Shown here in pieces: positions 52,040 to 60,796 of a DNA stretch of 62,686 nt; the first letter of the stretch is position 1; the number at the start of each line of letters is the position of its first letter. The position numbers were made by a program, and so were the translations under genes. Under the pieces are notes generated by a model that worked only from the letters and a program-made list of their open reading frames with translations, did no database searches and was not told the origin of the DNA. This DNA is from Armatimonadota bacterium (GTDB lineage Bacteria; Armatimonadota; Zipacnadia; JAUWAU01; JBHIEF01). The DNA is taken from positions 1 to 62,686 of the forward strand of contig JBHIEF010000001.1 of NCBI GenBank assembly GCA_046760465.1. Reading direction: 5' to 3'.

Positions 52040-53083
52040 CTACCACACCCGCTCCAGCATCACCGTCAGTTCCACGTTCTTCAGGGCCGTGTGGATGAGG
52101 ACGCGGGGAACGGGCTCTTCGGTCTCCTGCGGCCGGTCGCCGGGTTGCTCTTTTGGCTTCTTCCACTCGGAGAAGCTGAGGTTTGCGCTAACGGCAAGCT
52201 CCGCCCCTGCGACCAGGCCCTCCCGCCAGTCGAAGTAGATGTCGCCGCTCACCTCGGTGTCCAGGCTCTCCAGCCCGGCGGGCTCCTTCTCTTCCTCACC
52301 CTCCTTGGGCTTCGGTTCCGGCTGGCCGGGCCAGCGGAACCGTCGCATGTCCCCCAGGGCGAACTTGCCATTCATGCCGATACGGGCCACATCCCGCCCG
52401 TCGACTTGGGTCAGTTCCTTGAGAACGTAGTCGGCAACGACTTCCCTCTGCTCCGTGCCATCGGGGGTGGGCAGGGCCAACGGCAGAGCCTGCCGCTGCT
52501 GCCACGCATCGCCCACGCTGACCGGCTGGCTTGGCAGAAAGCCCGTGCTGTCAGCCTGCATGGTCTGGAAGTCGAGCAGGGGAGAGAGCACAGCCAGGAG
52601 GTCAAGCTGGGGCAAGCGGACCACGCGGCCGGTGGCATCCGTTCGCACGAGCAGCGGCATCCCCGCAAGCGCAAGCAACGGCTCGATGTCGTTCGGCTCT
52701 TCCTCCTGCGGCGCCGGCTGGCCGTTGATGAGCACCTCCACGTCGCCCTCCGGCAGCCGGGCCTGGAGTTCGACCTGAAAGGCTCCGGCCAAAAGGAAGG
52801 CGCTCAGGGAAGCCTGCTGCAACTGGACAGCCAGTTCGGCCCAGCCTTCGCCCAGCGCTTCCACACGCTCTGTGAACTCGACATCAATATCCAGTTGGAG
52901 ATCCCCTCCAGGCAGCCCCATCCCCGGTGGCGCATCGCTCTCAATTGAGGCCAGCCCGGTGGCAGTCAGGCGATAGGCGGCCTCCTGACCCAAGGTGAAC
53001 TTGTGCTGGAGGGAGACTGGCTCCTGAGCACGTACGGCCGCCGGTGCTGTCAGCACGATCAGAGCCCCTATGACCCTTCGCAT
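52040..53083 (-). CDS. Secreted hypothetical protein (last gene after the amidohydrolase array)
   Basis: ORF 52040..53254 trimmed to ATG 53083, with GGAGGAG about 10 nt upstream. The signal peptide is MRRVIGALIVLTAPAAVRAQE. The protein is beta-rich with an internal KPKEGEEEKEP linker. No family recognised. Confidence 0.65.
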   Translation of the reverse strand: MRRVIGALIVLTAPAAVRAQEPVSLQHKFTLGQEAAYRLTATGLASIESDAPPGMGLPGGDLQLDIDVEFTERVEALGEGWAELAVQLQQASLSAFLLAGAFQVELQARLPEGDVEVLINGQPAPQEEEPNDIEPLLALAGMPLLVRTDATGRVVRLPQLDLLAVLSPLLDFQTMQADSTGFLPSQPVSVGDAWQQRQALPLALPTPDGTEQREVVADYVLKELTQVDGRDVARIGMNGKFALGDMRRFRWPGQPEPKPKEGEEEKEPAGLESLDTEVSGDIYFDWREGLVAGAELAVSANLSFSEWKKPKEQPGDRPQETEEPVPRVLIHTALKNVELTVMLERVW

Positions 53084-53346
53084 CGCTTCTACTCTCCTCC
53101 GGGCCCAGACCCAGCGCACTTCTCTGGTGCCGGCTGGCGAACGCGGTCCGGCTACTGGCGAGTGATTCCCTACAACACCTACTGCGCGAACGGGCGGATT
53201 GTTTCGTGGTGTGCCCCAGGGCGCACGCATCCCACGCGATGTCGGCGCGGTCAAGACGAGGCGTGGCGCAGTCGGGCGGACAGTAGCGAGACCGGGCTGA
53301 CGGTCATCTGAGCGAGACCGGCGGGCTGCTTCTCGGGAAGGCCACC

Positions 53347-54604
53347 CTAGTCGCCTTCACCAGGCGTGTCAATCGCCTCGCGCTCCGCGCGAATGTGGGA
53401 GAAGTAGGTGGACTTGGACTTGTCGTACAGCACCTTGCCGTTCACGAGGGTCAGCTCGACGAAGGTGCTGTAGTGGAGCGGATGGCCATCCAGGATGATG
53501 ATATCCGCGTCCTTCCCTTCCTGGAGGCTGCCGATCCGGTCCCCGACGCCCAGCATCTCGGCTGATCGCCTCCAGCGCCGTCTGCTCATCCAGCCCGCCG
53601 CCCACCGCATGGGCGGCCTCCAGCGGCAAGGTGAACAGATCGTCTCCGAAGCCCCCGCCGGTGCTGAACCGTGCCGAAACGGGCACGATGGCAAACCTCA
53701 CGCCTGCGTTCCGCAGTATGGCTGCTTGCTCTTTGGAAGATCCGGTGGGGGCGGCTACGTCCTCGTCGGCGCCTCTCATCTGTCGGGGGGAGATGATCAC
53801 GTCCACGTCGCGCTTGGCGATCTCCTCGGCAACCGTCCAGCCTTCGACGACGCCCTCCAGGATGATGCGGATGCCGAACTCGTCCACCAGCTCCAGCGCC
53901 GCCAGGATATCGTTCGCCGTGGCCGCCGGGATGCGTGCCGGCAGCTCGCGACGCAGCAGCTTCAGCATCTGTTCTGAGCCACTCGGGGGCTTGGGCTCCT
54001 CGACCTTCTTGCCCGCCGCCTTGTCCTTCTCGTACTGCGCCCTGTCCCGGAGGTACTTGGCTGCGCGGGCCAGGTCCTGTCGGAGTATGGCCTTCGCACG
54101 CGGGCTGCTGTTCGGGAAGGCGACCCACACGGAAGCCGGTTCGCGCATCAGCATGCCGTCCAGGTCGCCCTCAGTCATCTTCACAACTGCGTTTGGCTTG
54201 CCGAACTCAACGTACGCGGCGGTGATGCCGGAGGCGAGCGCGAAGGAGACGACCACATGATAGGGATCCAGCGCGTCGGAGACCTTCTTGGTGCTGCCGG
54301 AGACGAGTCCTGAGAGCTCGGCGGCCACCAGGCCCGGCATTACGACCTTCCCGGTGGCGTCGATCGTCTCCGCTCCCTCGGGCACCTCCACGTCCGTTCC
54401 GAGGCGCGAGATCTTGCCCTCCTCGATGAGGATGGTCCCGCCCCGGATCACGCCGCTGGTGATGGTGTATAGGTCGCCGCCGCGGATGGCCACGATCTTC
54501 TGGTCATCGTCCTTGTCAGCGGCCGACGCCTGCCAGGCGGCGAGGCAGGCTAGTGGCAGTAGAGCGCACATGCGCAGCAACTGCCATCTCGATGCACAGG
54601 TCAT
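53347..54604 (-). pseudogene. Frameshifted amidohydrolase-fold gene (array member A1); metal motif also degenerate
   Basis: Two track ORFs (53369..54619 and 53347..53694) together encode one amidohydrolase. Frame 1 ends homology at ...GLDEQTALEAIS and frame 2 resumes at AEMLGVGDRIGSLQEGKDADIIILDG. The span is 1258 nt, which is not a multiple of 3. The junction lies at about 53560..53566. The start ATG at 54604 overlaps the upstream stop (ATGA). The signal peptide is MTCASRWQLLRMCALLPLACLAAWQASA. The HxH position reads PGLVAAELSG. Confidence 0.7.
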
Positions 54605-55779
54605 CTCAGCCCACCCCATGCCGCGTCATATACGGTCTCGCCCTCGATCAGCACGCGCAGGACCTCCGCGCGAGCGTCGAAGATGTCGCCGTCGAGGATG
54701 ATCAGGTTTGCGTCCTTGCCCTGCTCAAGGCTGCCCAGCCGGTAGTCGAGCCCCAGCATCTCCGCGGGGTGTATGGTCATTGCCTTCAGCGCCATCTCGC
54801 GGTCCAGGCCGGCACGAACGAGTTCGGCCATCGCCTGGCGAAATGCCTCACATCCGGCTACGCTATCGGACGCTGGGCGGCATGCCACTTTGGCGCCCGC
54901 CTCGGTCAGCATCCTCGGGATGTTGATGCGGGTGCGCGTGTAGCGCTCAAAGGAGATTCGTGCGGGAACGACAATGCTGGCCTTCCTCTCTCCCAGCCGA
55001 TCGGCAATGCGGTGGATATCGCCCCCGGGCGAAGAGAGCACCAAGTGCATGTTCTTGTACGGCTCCAGCAGCTTGAGCACGTGAGCTGCTTCGCCGGCGC
55101 CCGCACACGTTACCACGGTGGGGATCTCCCCCTGCACGGCCCAGGCGAGCGGCGCGGTCTTGCCTTCGGTGCTTGGGCTTCTGTTGGCTGCGTCCAGCGC
55201 CCCCTTGATGGTGTTCCGCGTCTCCGTGTCGGCCCGGAAGGCGACCACCAACGGGCCTCGGTCTGACAGCAGCATCTCCTCGGCGCTGCCTGCCACCGTC
55301 CTCACCAGGGCAGCCTGTCCCGCGATTCCAGGGCGTCCCGGTACCAGTGCGAGCGTCGTGAATCCGGCGCGGGCGGCCCGTTTGTACGCGTCCTGGAACG
55401 GGTACAGCTCGTCGGCCACGCGGTGGTGTGGGTTGGAGGCTGCCTTCCCGCCAGACGCGGCTGACAGCCCGAGCCTCGACACGGCGTTGACCAGGCCCGG
55501 GTACACGACGGCATCCCGCGCGTCGAGCACTTCCGCGCCCTCTGGAACCTCGAGCTCAGCGCCGACCGCCTCGATCCGGCCTTCGACCACGAGGACCACG
55601 CCGTCTTCGATGGCTTCGCCCGCCAGCGTCTCGATGCGCCCAGCGTGGATGGCCAGCGCCTTGGCTTCGTCAGCCCGCGCACGCCCTCCAGGAAGGCATG
55701 TTGCCGCCGCCAGCCCCATGAATAGGCACAGGAGCGCGGGTTCAGTGCCAATGCACGGCCTCCGGGCGATCATCAACAT
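54601..55779 (-). CDS. Secreted amidohydrolase-fold protein (A2), HxH metal motif degenerate
   Basis: The N-terminal beta-sandwich reads IHAGRIETLAGEAIEDGVVLVVEGRIEAVG. The HxH position reads YPGLVNAVSRLG. The C-terminus keeps the family signature LGSLEQGKDANLIILDGD. A hydrophobic leader is present. A 4-nt gap separates it from A3. Confidence 0.85.
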   Translation of the reverse strand: MLMIARRPCIGTEPALLCLFMGLAAATCLPGGRARADEAKALAIHAGRIETLAGEAIEDGVVLVVEGRIEAVGAELEVPEGAEVLDARDAVVYPGLVNAVSRLGLSAASGGKAASNPHHRVADELYPFQDAYKRAARAGFTTLALVPGRPGIAGQAALVRTVAGSAEEMLLSDRGPLVVAFRADTETRNTIKGALDAANRSPSTEGKTAPLAWAVQGEIPTVVTCAGAGEAAHVLKLLEPYKNMHLVLSSPGGDIHRIADRLGERKASIVVPARISFERYTRTRINIPRMLTEAGAKVACRPASDSVAGCEAFRQAMAELVRAGLDREMALKAMTIHPAEMLGLDYRLGSLEQGKDANLIILDGDIFDARAEVLRVLIEGETVYDAAWGGLR

Positions 55780-55783
55780 GCCC

Positions 55784-57046
55784 CTAGTTGCGAGCCTCCT
55801 CGCGGTAGGCGATCTTGCCGTTCACGAAGACCATCTCGACGGGCGTGGTGGGGTCGAGGAGACTCGTCTGCTTGATCACCAGGTCGGCGTCCTTGCCGAC
55901 CTGGATGCTGCCGACGCGGTCGTCGAGCAGTATGGCCCGCGCGGCGTTGATCGTCATGAGCTTCAGCGCCGTCTCGTCGTCCAGCCCGAACCGCGCAGCC
56001 ATCGCCGCCTTGAGGGCCAGATAGTCTGGTCTCAACCACCCGCCGTACAGCCCCACTCCATCCGTGTTGACCGAGATCTGCTCGACGCCGCCCTGCACAT
56101 AGGCAGCGACGATGCCGCGGAAGCGGGCATCGCCCACACCGTAGAAGTCCACGATCCTGGGCCCGACATCCACCGAGAGACCGCGCTGCGCGACGACCTC
56201 GGCCACTCTATGCCCGCTGCCGGTAGCGTGCGAGGCTATTGCCGGCAGTGCGAACTCGTCGTGGAACATCCGCACGGTCATTGACATACCCCAGGTCTGC
56301 CACGTGTGCACGATGACCGGGATCTGCTCGCGAAAGACCAGGCGAGCATCCTCCAGCGCGATGTCACGCTTCGGCGGCCGCTGGCGCTCGCCCCGCTCGT
56401 ACGCGCCCCACTCGGCGTCATACTCCTTTGCCCGCCGGAGGTGCTCTCGGAGCAGCCACGACATCCCCATCAGCGTGGCGCCGATGTCCCCGGCTCGCCG
56501 TTCCGGGTTGTCCGCCTGGGCGATCTTCATGACGCCCACGCGACGGACCAGCCGCTCCTGCTTGGTCGCGCCTGCTGTCTTGAACACCACGCCGAAGCCG
56601 CCGTGGTTCGTCCCGCTCCCAGGGATGGCCTGCACAGTGGTCGTGCCGGCGGCCAGCGCTGCTTCCACGATCTCCGACTCAGGGTCGAGCCCATCCCCAA
56701 TCCTCATGCCGGGGTTGATCTGACACACCATGTCGTTGAGGCCGCCCTGGACGCCAATGTGGCAGTGGATGTCTACCATTCCGGGCATGACCCACTTGCC
56801 CGAGGCGTCCACCGCCGTGTAGCCCCTCGGAACCGACACCTGGTCGGCCGTCCCAACGGCTTCGATCCTGCCGTTCCGGACCAGGATGACCCCATCGTTG
56901 ATCGTGCCGATGGTGACCGTGACGATCTTGCCCGCCCGAATGGCATAGCGGTGGCCCTTGGCCGCCCAGCAGCTGCCCGCCACCAAGCACGCCAGAAGGC
57001 AGGAAGCCAAGCTACGTGCCGCCTTGCCCACAGCCCTGGCCGCCAT
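55784..57046 (-). CDS. Secreted amidohydrolase (A3) with intact HxH motif
   Basis: The motif MPGMVDIHCHIGV is present, with the HCH codons at 56759..56767 on the minus strand. It also has VGSIQVGKDADLVI and the signal peptide MAARAVGKAARSLASCLLACLVAGSCWA. It is about 70% identical by eye to A4. Confidence 0.9.
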   Translation of the reverse strand: MAARAVGKAARSLASCLLACLVAGSCWAAKGHRYAIRAGKIVTVTIGTINDGVILVRNGRIEAVGTADQVSVPRGYTAVDASGKWVMPGMVDIHCHIGVQGGLNDMVCQINPGMRIGDGLDPESEIVEAALAAGTTTVQAIPGSGTNHGGFGVVFKTAGATKQERLVRRVGVMKIAQADNPERRAGDIGATLMGMSWLLREHLRRAKEYDAEWGAYERGERQRPPKRDIALEDARLVFREQIPVIVHTWQTWGMSMTVRMFHDEFALPAIASHATGSGHRVAEVVAQRGLSVDVGPRIVDFYGVGDARFRGIVAAYVQGGVEQISVNTDGVGLYGGWLRPDYLALKAAMAARFGLDDETALKLMTINAARAILLDDRVGSIQVGKDADLVIKQTSLLDPTTPVEMVFVNGKIAYREEARN

Positions 57047-57049
57047 GCC

Positions 57050-58303
57050 CTACTCCTCTGCCCTGGCGTCGTAGGCAATCTTGCCATTCACGAAGACCAT
57101 CTCGACAGGCGTGGTGGGGTCGAGCAGACTCGTCTGCTTGATCACCAGATCGGCGTCCTTGCCGACCTCGATGCTGCCGATGCGGTGGTCCAGCAGCATC
57201 GCCCGCGCCGGGTTGATGGTCACCAGCCTGAGCGCCTCCTCATCATCCAGCCCGAACCGCGCGGCCATGGCCGCCTTGACGGCGAGCAACGCCTGCCCGA
57301 AGCCGAACGAGTCCGTGTTCACTGACATCTCTGTCGCCCCGCCTTCGCGGTACGTGGGTACCATGCCCCGGAAGCGAGCATCGCCGTGGCCATAGAAGTC
57401 CACCACTCGCGGCCCGATGTTGATTGGGAAGGCGCGCTTGGCCGCCTCCTGCGCCATTCTGTGTCCGTCGTAGGCCGCGTGGGTGGCTATGCCCTTGAGG
57501 CTGAACTCGTCGTGGAACATGACCATGGTGGTGAGGACGCCCCAGGTCTCGTAAGTGTGGATCAGGACCGGGAGCTCCCCGCGGAAGACCGGACGAGCGA
57601 ACTCCAGGGCGATGTCGCGCTCTGGCGCCTGGCCCCGGTCGCCGCGCTCGTAGGCGGTCCAAGCCGCGTCATAGCCCCTGGCGCGTTCCAGGTGCTCGCG
57701 CAGGAGCCAGGTCATGCCCATTCGGGTCGTGCCGATGTCGCCTGCTCTTCTCTCGGGGTTGTATGCCTGAGTTATCTTCATCACGCCGACGCGACGCACC
57801 AGCCGCTCCTTCTTCGTTGCCCCGGCGGTCTTGTAGGTCACGCCGAAGCCCGAGTGGTTGGTGCCGCTGCCCGGTACGACTTGGAGCGTGGTCACGCCTG
57901 CCGCAAGCGCCGCTTCGACGTAGTCGGACTCAGGGTCCACGCCGTCGCCTATGCGCATGCCGGGGTTGAGCTGGCAGACCATGTCGTTGAGCCCGCCCTG
58001 AACACCGGCGTGAGAGTGGATGTCTATCATCCCCGGCATGACCCACTTGCCCCAGGCGTCCACCGCTTCGTAGCCGGCCGGTATGCTCACCTGGTCGGCG
58101 GGCCCCACGGCCTCGATCTTCCCGTCGCGGATCAGAACGATTCCGTGGTTAATCGTGCCCTTGGTGATCGTGACGATCTTGCCCGCCCGGATGGCGAACC
58201 GGTGGTTACCGTCGGCCGCGACCGTGCCGCCAACGCACATTGGCAGGATAAGGCAACAGACTACCCCGCACATCGCTTGCCCTTGCCGCACGCGGCCCGT
58301 CAT
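57050..58303 (-). CDS. Secreted amidohydrolase (A4) with intact HxH motif; close paralogue of A3
   Basis: The motif MPGMIDIHSHAGV is present, with the HSH codons at 58010..58018 on the minus strand. It also has IGSIEVGKDADLVI and a hydrophobic leader CGVVCCLILPMCVGGTVAA. There are 3-nt gaps to both neighbours. Confidence 0.9.
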   Translation of the reverse strand: MTGRVRQGQAMCGVVCCLILPMCVGGTVAADGNHRFAIRAGKIVTITKGTINHGIVLIRDGKIEAVGPADQVSIPAGYEAVDAWGKWVMPGMIDIHSHAGVQGGLNDMVCQLNPGMRIGDGVDPESDYVEAALAAGVTTLQVVPGSGTNHSGFGVTYKTAGATKKERLVRRVGVMKITQAYNPERRAGDIGTTRMGMTWLLREHLERARGYDAAWTAYERGDRGQAPERDIALEFARPVFRGELPVLIHTYETWGVLTTMVMFHDEFSLKGIATHAAYDGHRMAQEAAKRAFPINIGPRVVDFYGHGDARFRGMVPTYREGGATEMSVNTDSFGFGQALLAVKAAMAARFGLDDEEALRLVTINPARAMLLDHRIGSIEVGKDADLVIKQTSLLDPTTPVEMVFVNGKIAYDARAEE

Positions 58304-58306
58304 CTC

Positions 58307-60796
58307 TTACTCCTCGATCTCCGCGTCGTAGGCGAGCACGCCGTTGACGAACACCTTCTCGACGCGGCTGGTCAGCTCGAGGGGATCGCCCGACAGGACG
58401 ACCAGGTCCGCATCCCTCCCAGCCTCAAGGCACCCTATCCGATGATCCAGGCCCAGGAGCTGCGCCGGCCGCACGGTCACGGCACGGAGGGCATCGGTCG
58501 CTGCCATGCCGTGCCGCACCGCATGGGCCGCCGTGATCCTCAGGAACTGAGTTGCCGATGTCCCTTGCGACTGGAAGGCGACGGGGACGCCCACGCGGGC
58601 GAGTACGGCAGCCGGGTTGACCTCTCGGCCGCGCTCCTCGCGGATGATCTCGGGTCCGATTGCCGCCGCCACCCCCGCGGCCCTCAGCTCGGAGGCCAGC
58701 CGATCCCCTTCGCTCGCGCCCAGAACCAGCAGGTCCAAGCCGTACTCCTCGCAGAAGACCGTCACGGCATTCCTGATCTCGTCTGGCCGATTGGCTACGA
58801 CCAGGGCCGGCACTTTCTCACGGAACAGCGCCCGTAGCGTCTCCGACTCGCCGTCCCGCCTCGGACGCTGCGGCTCCTTCAGGTCCGGATCGTCCCCGAC
58901 AACGTCCCTGCGCTCGAACTCCGCCCACCGTCTGTCGAACTCCGCCCAGTCTGAATCGTACTTCTTGGCCTTCTCCAGCAGGTCCCGCGCCTGCCAGACT
59001 CGGGCCAGCTTATCGCGGTCGGCCAGCATGGAGAACTTCAGGGCTGCAATCGGCTCGACGATTCGCTGCTCGATGCCGGCCCCGGCCGTCTTCAGGACGG
59101 ACACTGTGCCGCAGAACAGGCCGGTGTCGCCGGGCGCGAGCACGATCGAGGTGACGCCGGCGCGCAGCGCCTCGCGGAAGGCGGGGTCGGTCGGATCCAC
59201 GGCATCGGCTATGCTGACGTGCTTCGCGCCGCCCGAGGGCGGACCCGTGGTGGCTGACTGCGGGTTGAGCGTGGCCTCCTCGCTCTCCCAGTGGAGGCCC
59301 AGATGGGACTGCATGTCAACCATGCCTGGCATGATGACGCGGTCCCCTAACTCGATGACCTCGGCTCCCTCAGGAACCTCCCCTGCCTTGCCGACGCTCT
59401 CGATCACGGCGCCTCTGATCCGCACCTCTCCGTCAGTGATGATGCCCCCGGTGCCGGTCACGACCTGCCGCGCGCGTAGGATTAGCGGGGGCTCCGGCGA
59501 CGCAGCGGCCCTCTCCTGAGGGGCCTTGCGCTCATAGACGACACGACCGTCGGAGATGGCCATCTGCACGACGGTCCTGGTCTCAAAGGGGGCCCCTGTG
59601 AGTACGACGAGGTCGGCGTCCTTGCCTACCTCGATCGTGCCGACGCTCGCCTCGACTCCCAGGATTTCGGCTGCGTCGAGCGTCACTGCGCGCAGGGCTG
59701 CCTCGGCCGGCGCGCCATTGCCCACAGTGGACGCGGCGACCGCGAGCAGGTCGCGAATCGAGTCGTCCGACGTGGCGATGGCGACCTTCACCCCGGCCTC
59801 GATCAAGACCGCCGCGTTGTCGGCGCGAGCCTGCCCCGACACGTGCGTGTAGCTGAGGTCCTCCGTGACGCGCCGGCCTGGCCTCTCCGGGAGCGTGAGC
59901 ACGACCGGGACTCCGGCGTGCGAGAGTTCGCCCGCGAGCTCGTATGCCTCCCTGCCGCCCTCGATCACCAACCGCAGCCCGAACTCCTCGGCCAGCGCCA
60001 GCGCGTTACGGATGTCCTCTGCCCTGTCTGCTCTGGCCCTCACGAACGCGTCCCCGCGAAGGGCCGCCGCCAGGGCCTCGGCCCTCGGCCCGGCCCGGTC
60101 GTCCCCTGCCCCGGCGGCGGAACGGGCTTGCTCGAGGACGCGCCTGAGCAGCATCATCTCGCCCATCCTCGTCGTCGGCAACTGCCTCTCGGGCGGGACA
60201 GAGGGGGTCTCGGCAGTGGGTGGCAGTGGTGGCTTCCAGATGAGGGGCGGGTGCTTCGGCCATTGTCCGAGCACGATCCGCAGCGCGGCCGGGTCCTTTA
60301 GCAGCCGCGCCGACGGCGCTCCGTCACTCAGCTTCGCCACGGCGCCGCGTCCGGGCATGAGGCGCCGGCTCGGCGGGGACAGGTACACCGTCGTGACGCC
60401 GCCCGACAGAACCGGCCGCCAGTCCCCGTACAGGTCCAGGCCATCGGCCATGCGAAGCTCTGGCGTGACGGACTCGCGTGTGTCGCGGCCGGGCTCCGCC
60501 AGCGTCGTGAGTGCAGCAACCAGTCCCGGAATCACCACACCCTCCCCGGCCTCGATGACGGTGGCATTCCCCGGAGCCTCCACGTTCGAGCCGACGGCCG
60601 CGATCTTGCCATTGCGGACCAGCACCTCGCCCGGGGCGATTGGGTCACCGGCCACGGGGATAATCTCCGCGGCCTTGACCAGCAGCGGCGCCGCATCCTG
60701 GGCGCGTCCCGGCCCGCACAGCGCGCACGCCAGAGCCAATAGGCCCCCGCAGAGGCCGGCCGCTCGCAACTTCTCCCCATTGCCCCTAGTGCTCAT
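58307..60796 (-). CDS. Secreted fusion of two amidohydrolase-fold modules (A5)
   Basis: The protein is 829 aa. Module 1 has IPGLVAALTTLAEPG (no His) and ends ...VGTIEVGKDADLVVLTG. Module 2 has MPGMVDMQSHLGLH (Q-S-H) and ends ...IGCLEAGRDADLVVLSGDP. The signal peptide is LCGGLLALACALCGPGRAQD. Its ATG at 60796 overlaps the A6 3-prime end by 11 nt. Confidence 0.9.
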   Translation of the reverse strand: MSTRGNGEKLRAAGLCGGLLALACALCGPGRAQDAAPLLVKAAEIIPVAGDPIAPGEVLVRNGKIAAVGSNVEAPGNATVIEAGEGVVIPGLVAALTTLAEPGRDTRESVTPELRMADGLDLYGDWRPVLSGGVTTVYLSPPSRRLMPGRGAVAKLSDGAPSARLLKDPAALRIVLGQWPKHPPLIWKPPLPPTAETPSVPPERQLPTTRMGEMMLLRRVLEQARSAAGAGDDRAGPRAEALAAALRGDAFVRARADRAEDIRNALALAEEFGLRLVIEGGREAYELAGELSHAGVPVVLTLPERPGRRVTEDLSYTHVSGQARADNAAVLIEAGVKVAIATSDDSIRDLLAVAASTVGNGAPAEAALRAVTLDAAEILGVEASVGTIEVGKDADLVVLTGAPFETRTVVQMAISDGRVVYERKAPQERAAASPEPPLILRARQVVTGTGGIITDGEVRIRGAVIESVGKAGEVPEGAEVIELGDRVIMPGMVDMQSHLGLHWESEEATLNPQSATTGPPSGGAKHVSIADAVDPTDPAFREALRAGVTSIVLAPGDTGLFCGTVSVLKTAGAGIEQRIVEPIAALKFSMLADRDKLARVWQARDLLEKAKKYDSDWAEFDRRWAEFERRDVVGDDPDLKEPQRPRRDGESETLRALFREKVPALVVANRPDEIRNAVTVFCEEYGLDLLVLGASEGDRLASELRAAGVAAAIGPEIIREERGREVNPAAVLARVGVPVAFQSQGTSATQFLRITAAHAVRHGMAATDALRAVTVRPAQLLGLDHRIGCLEAGRDADLVVLSGDPLELTSRVEKVFVNGVLAYDAEIEE

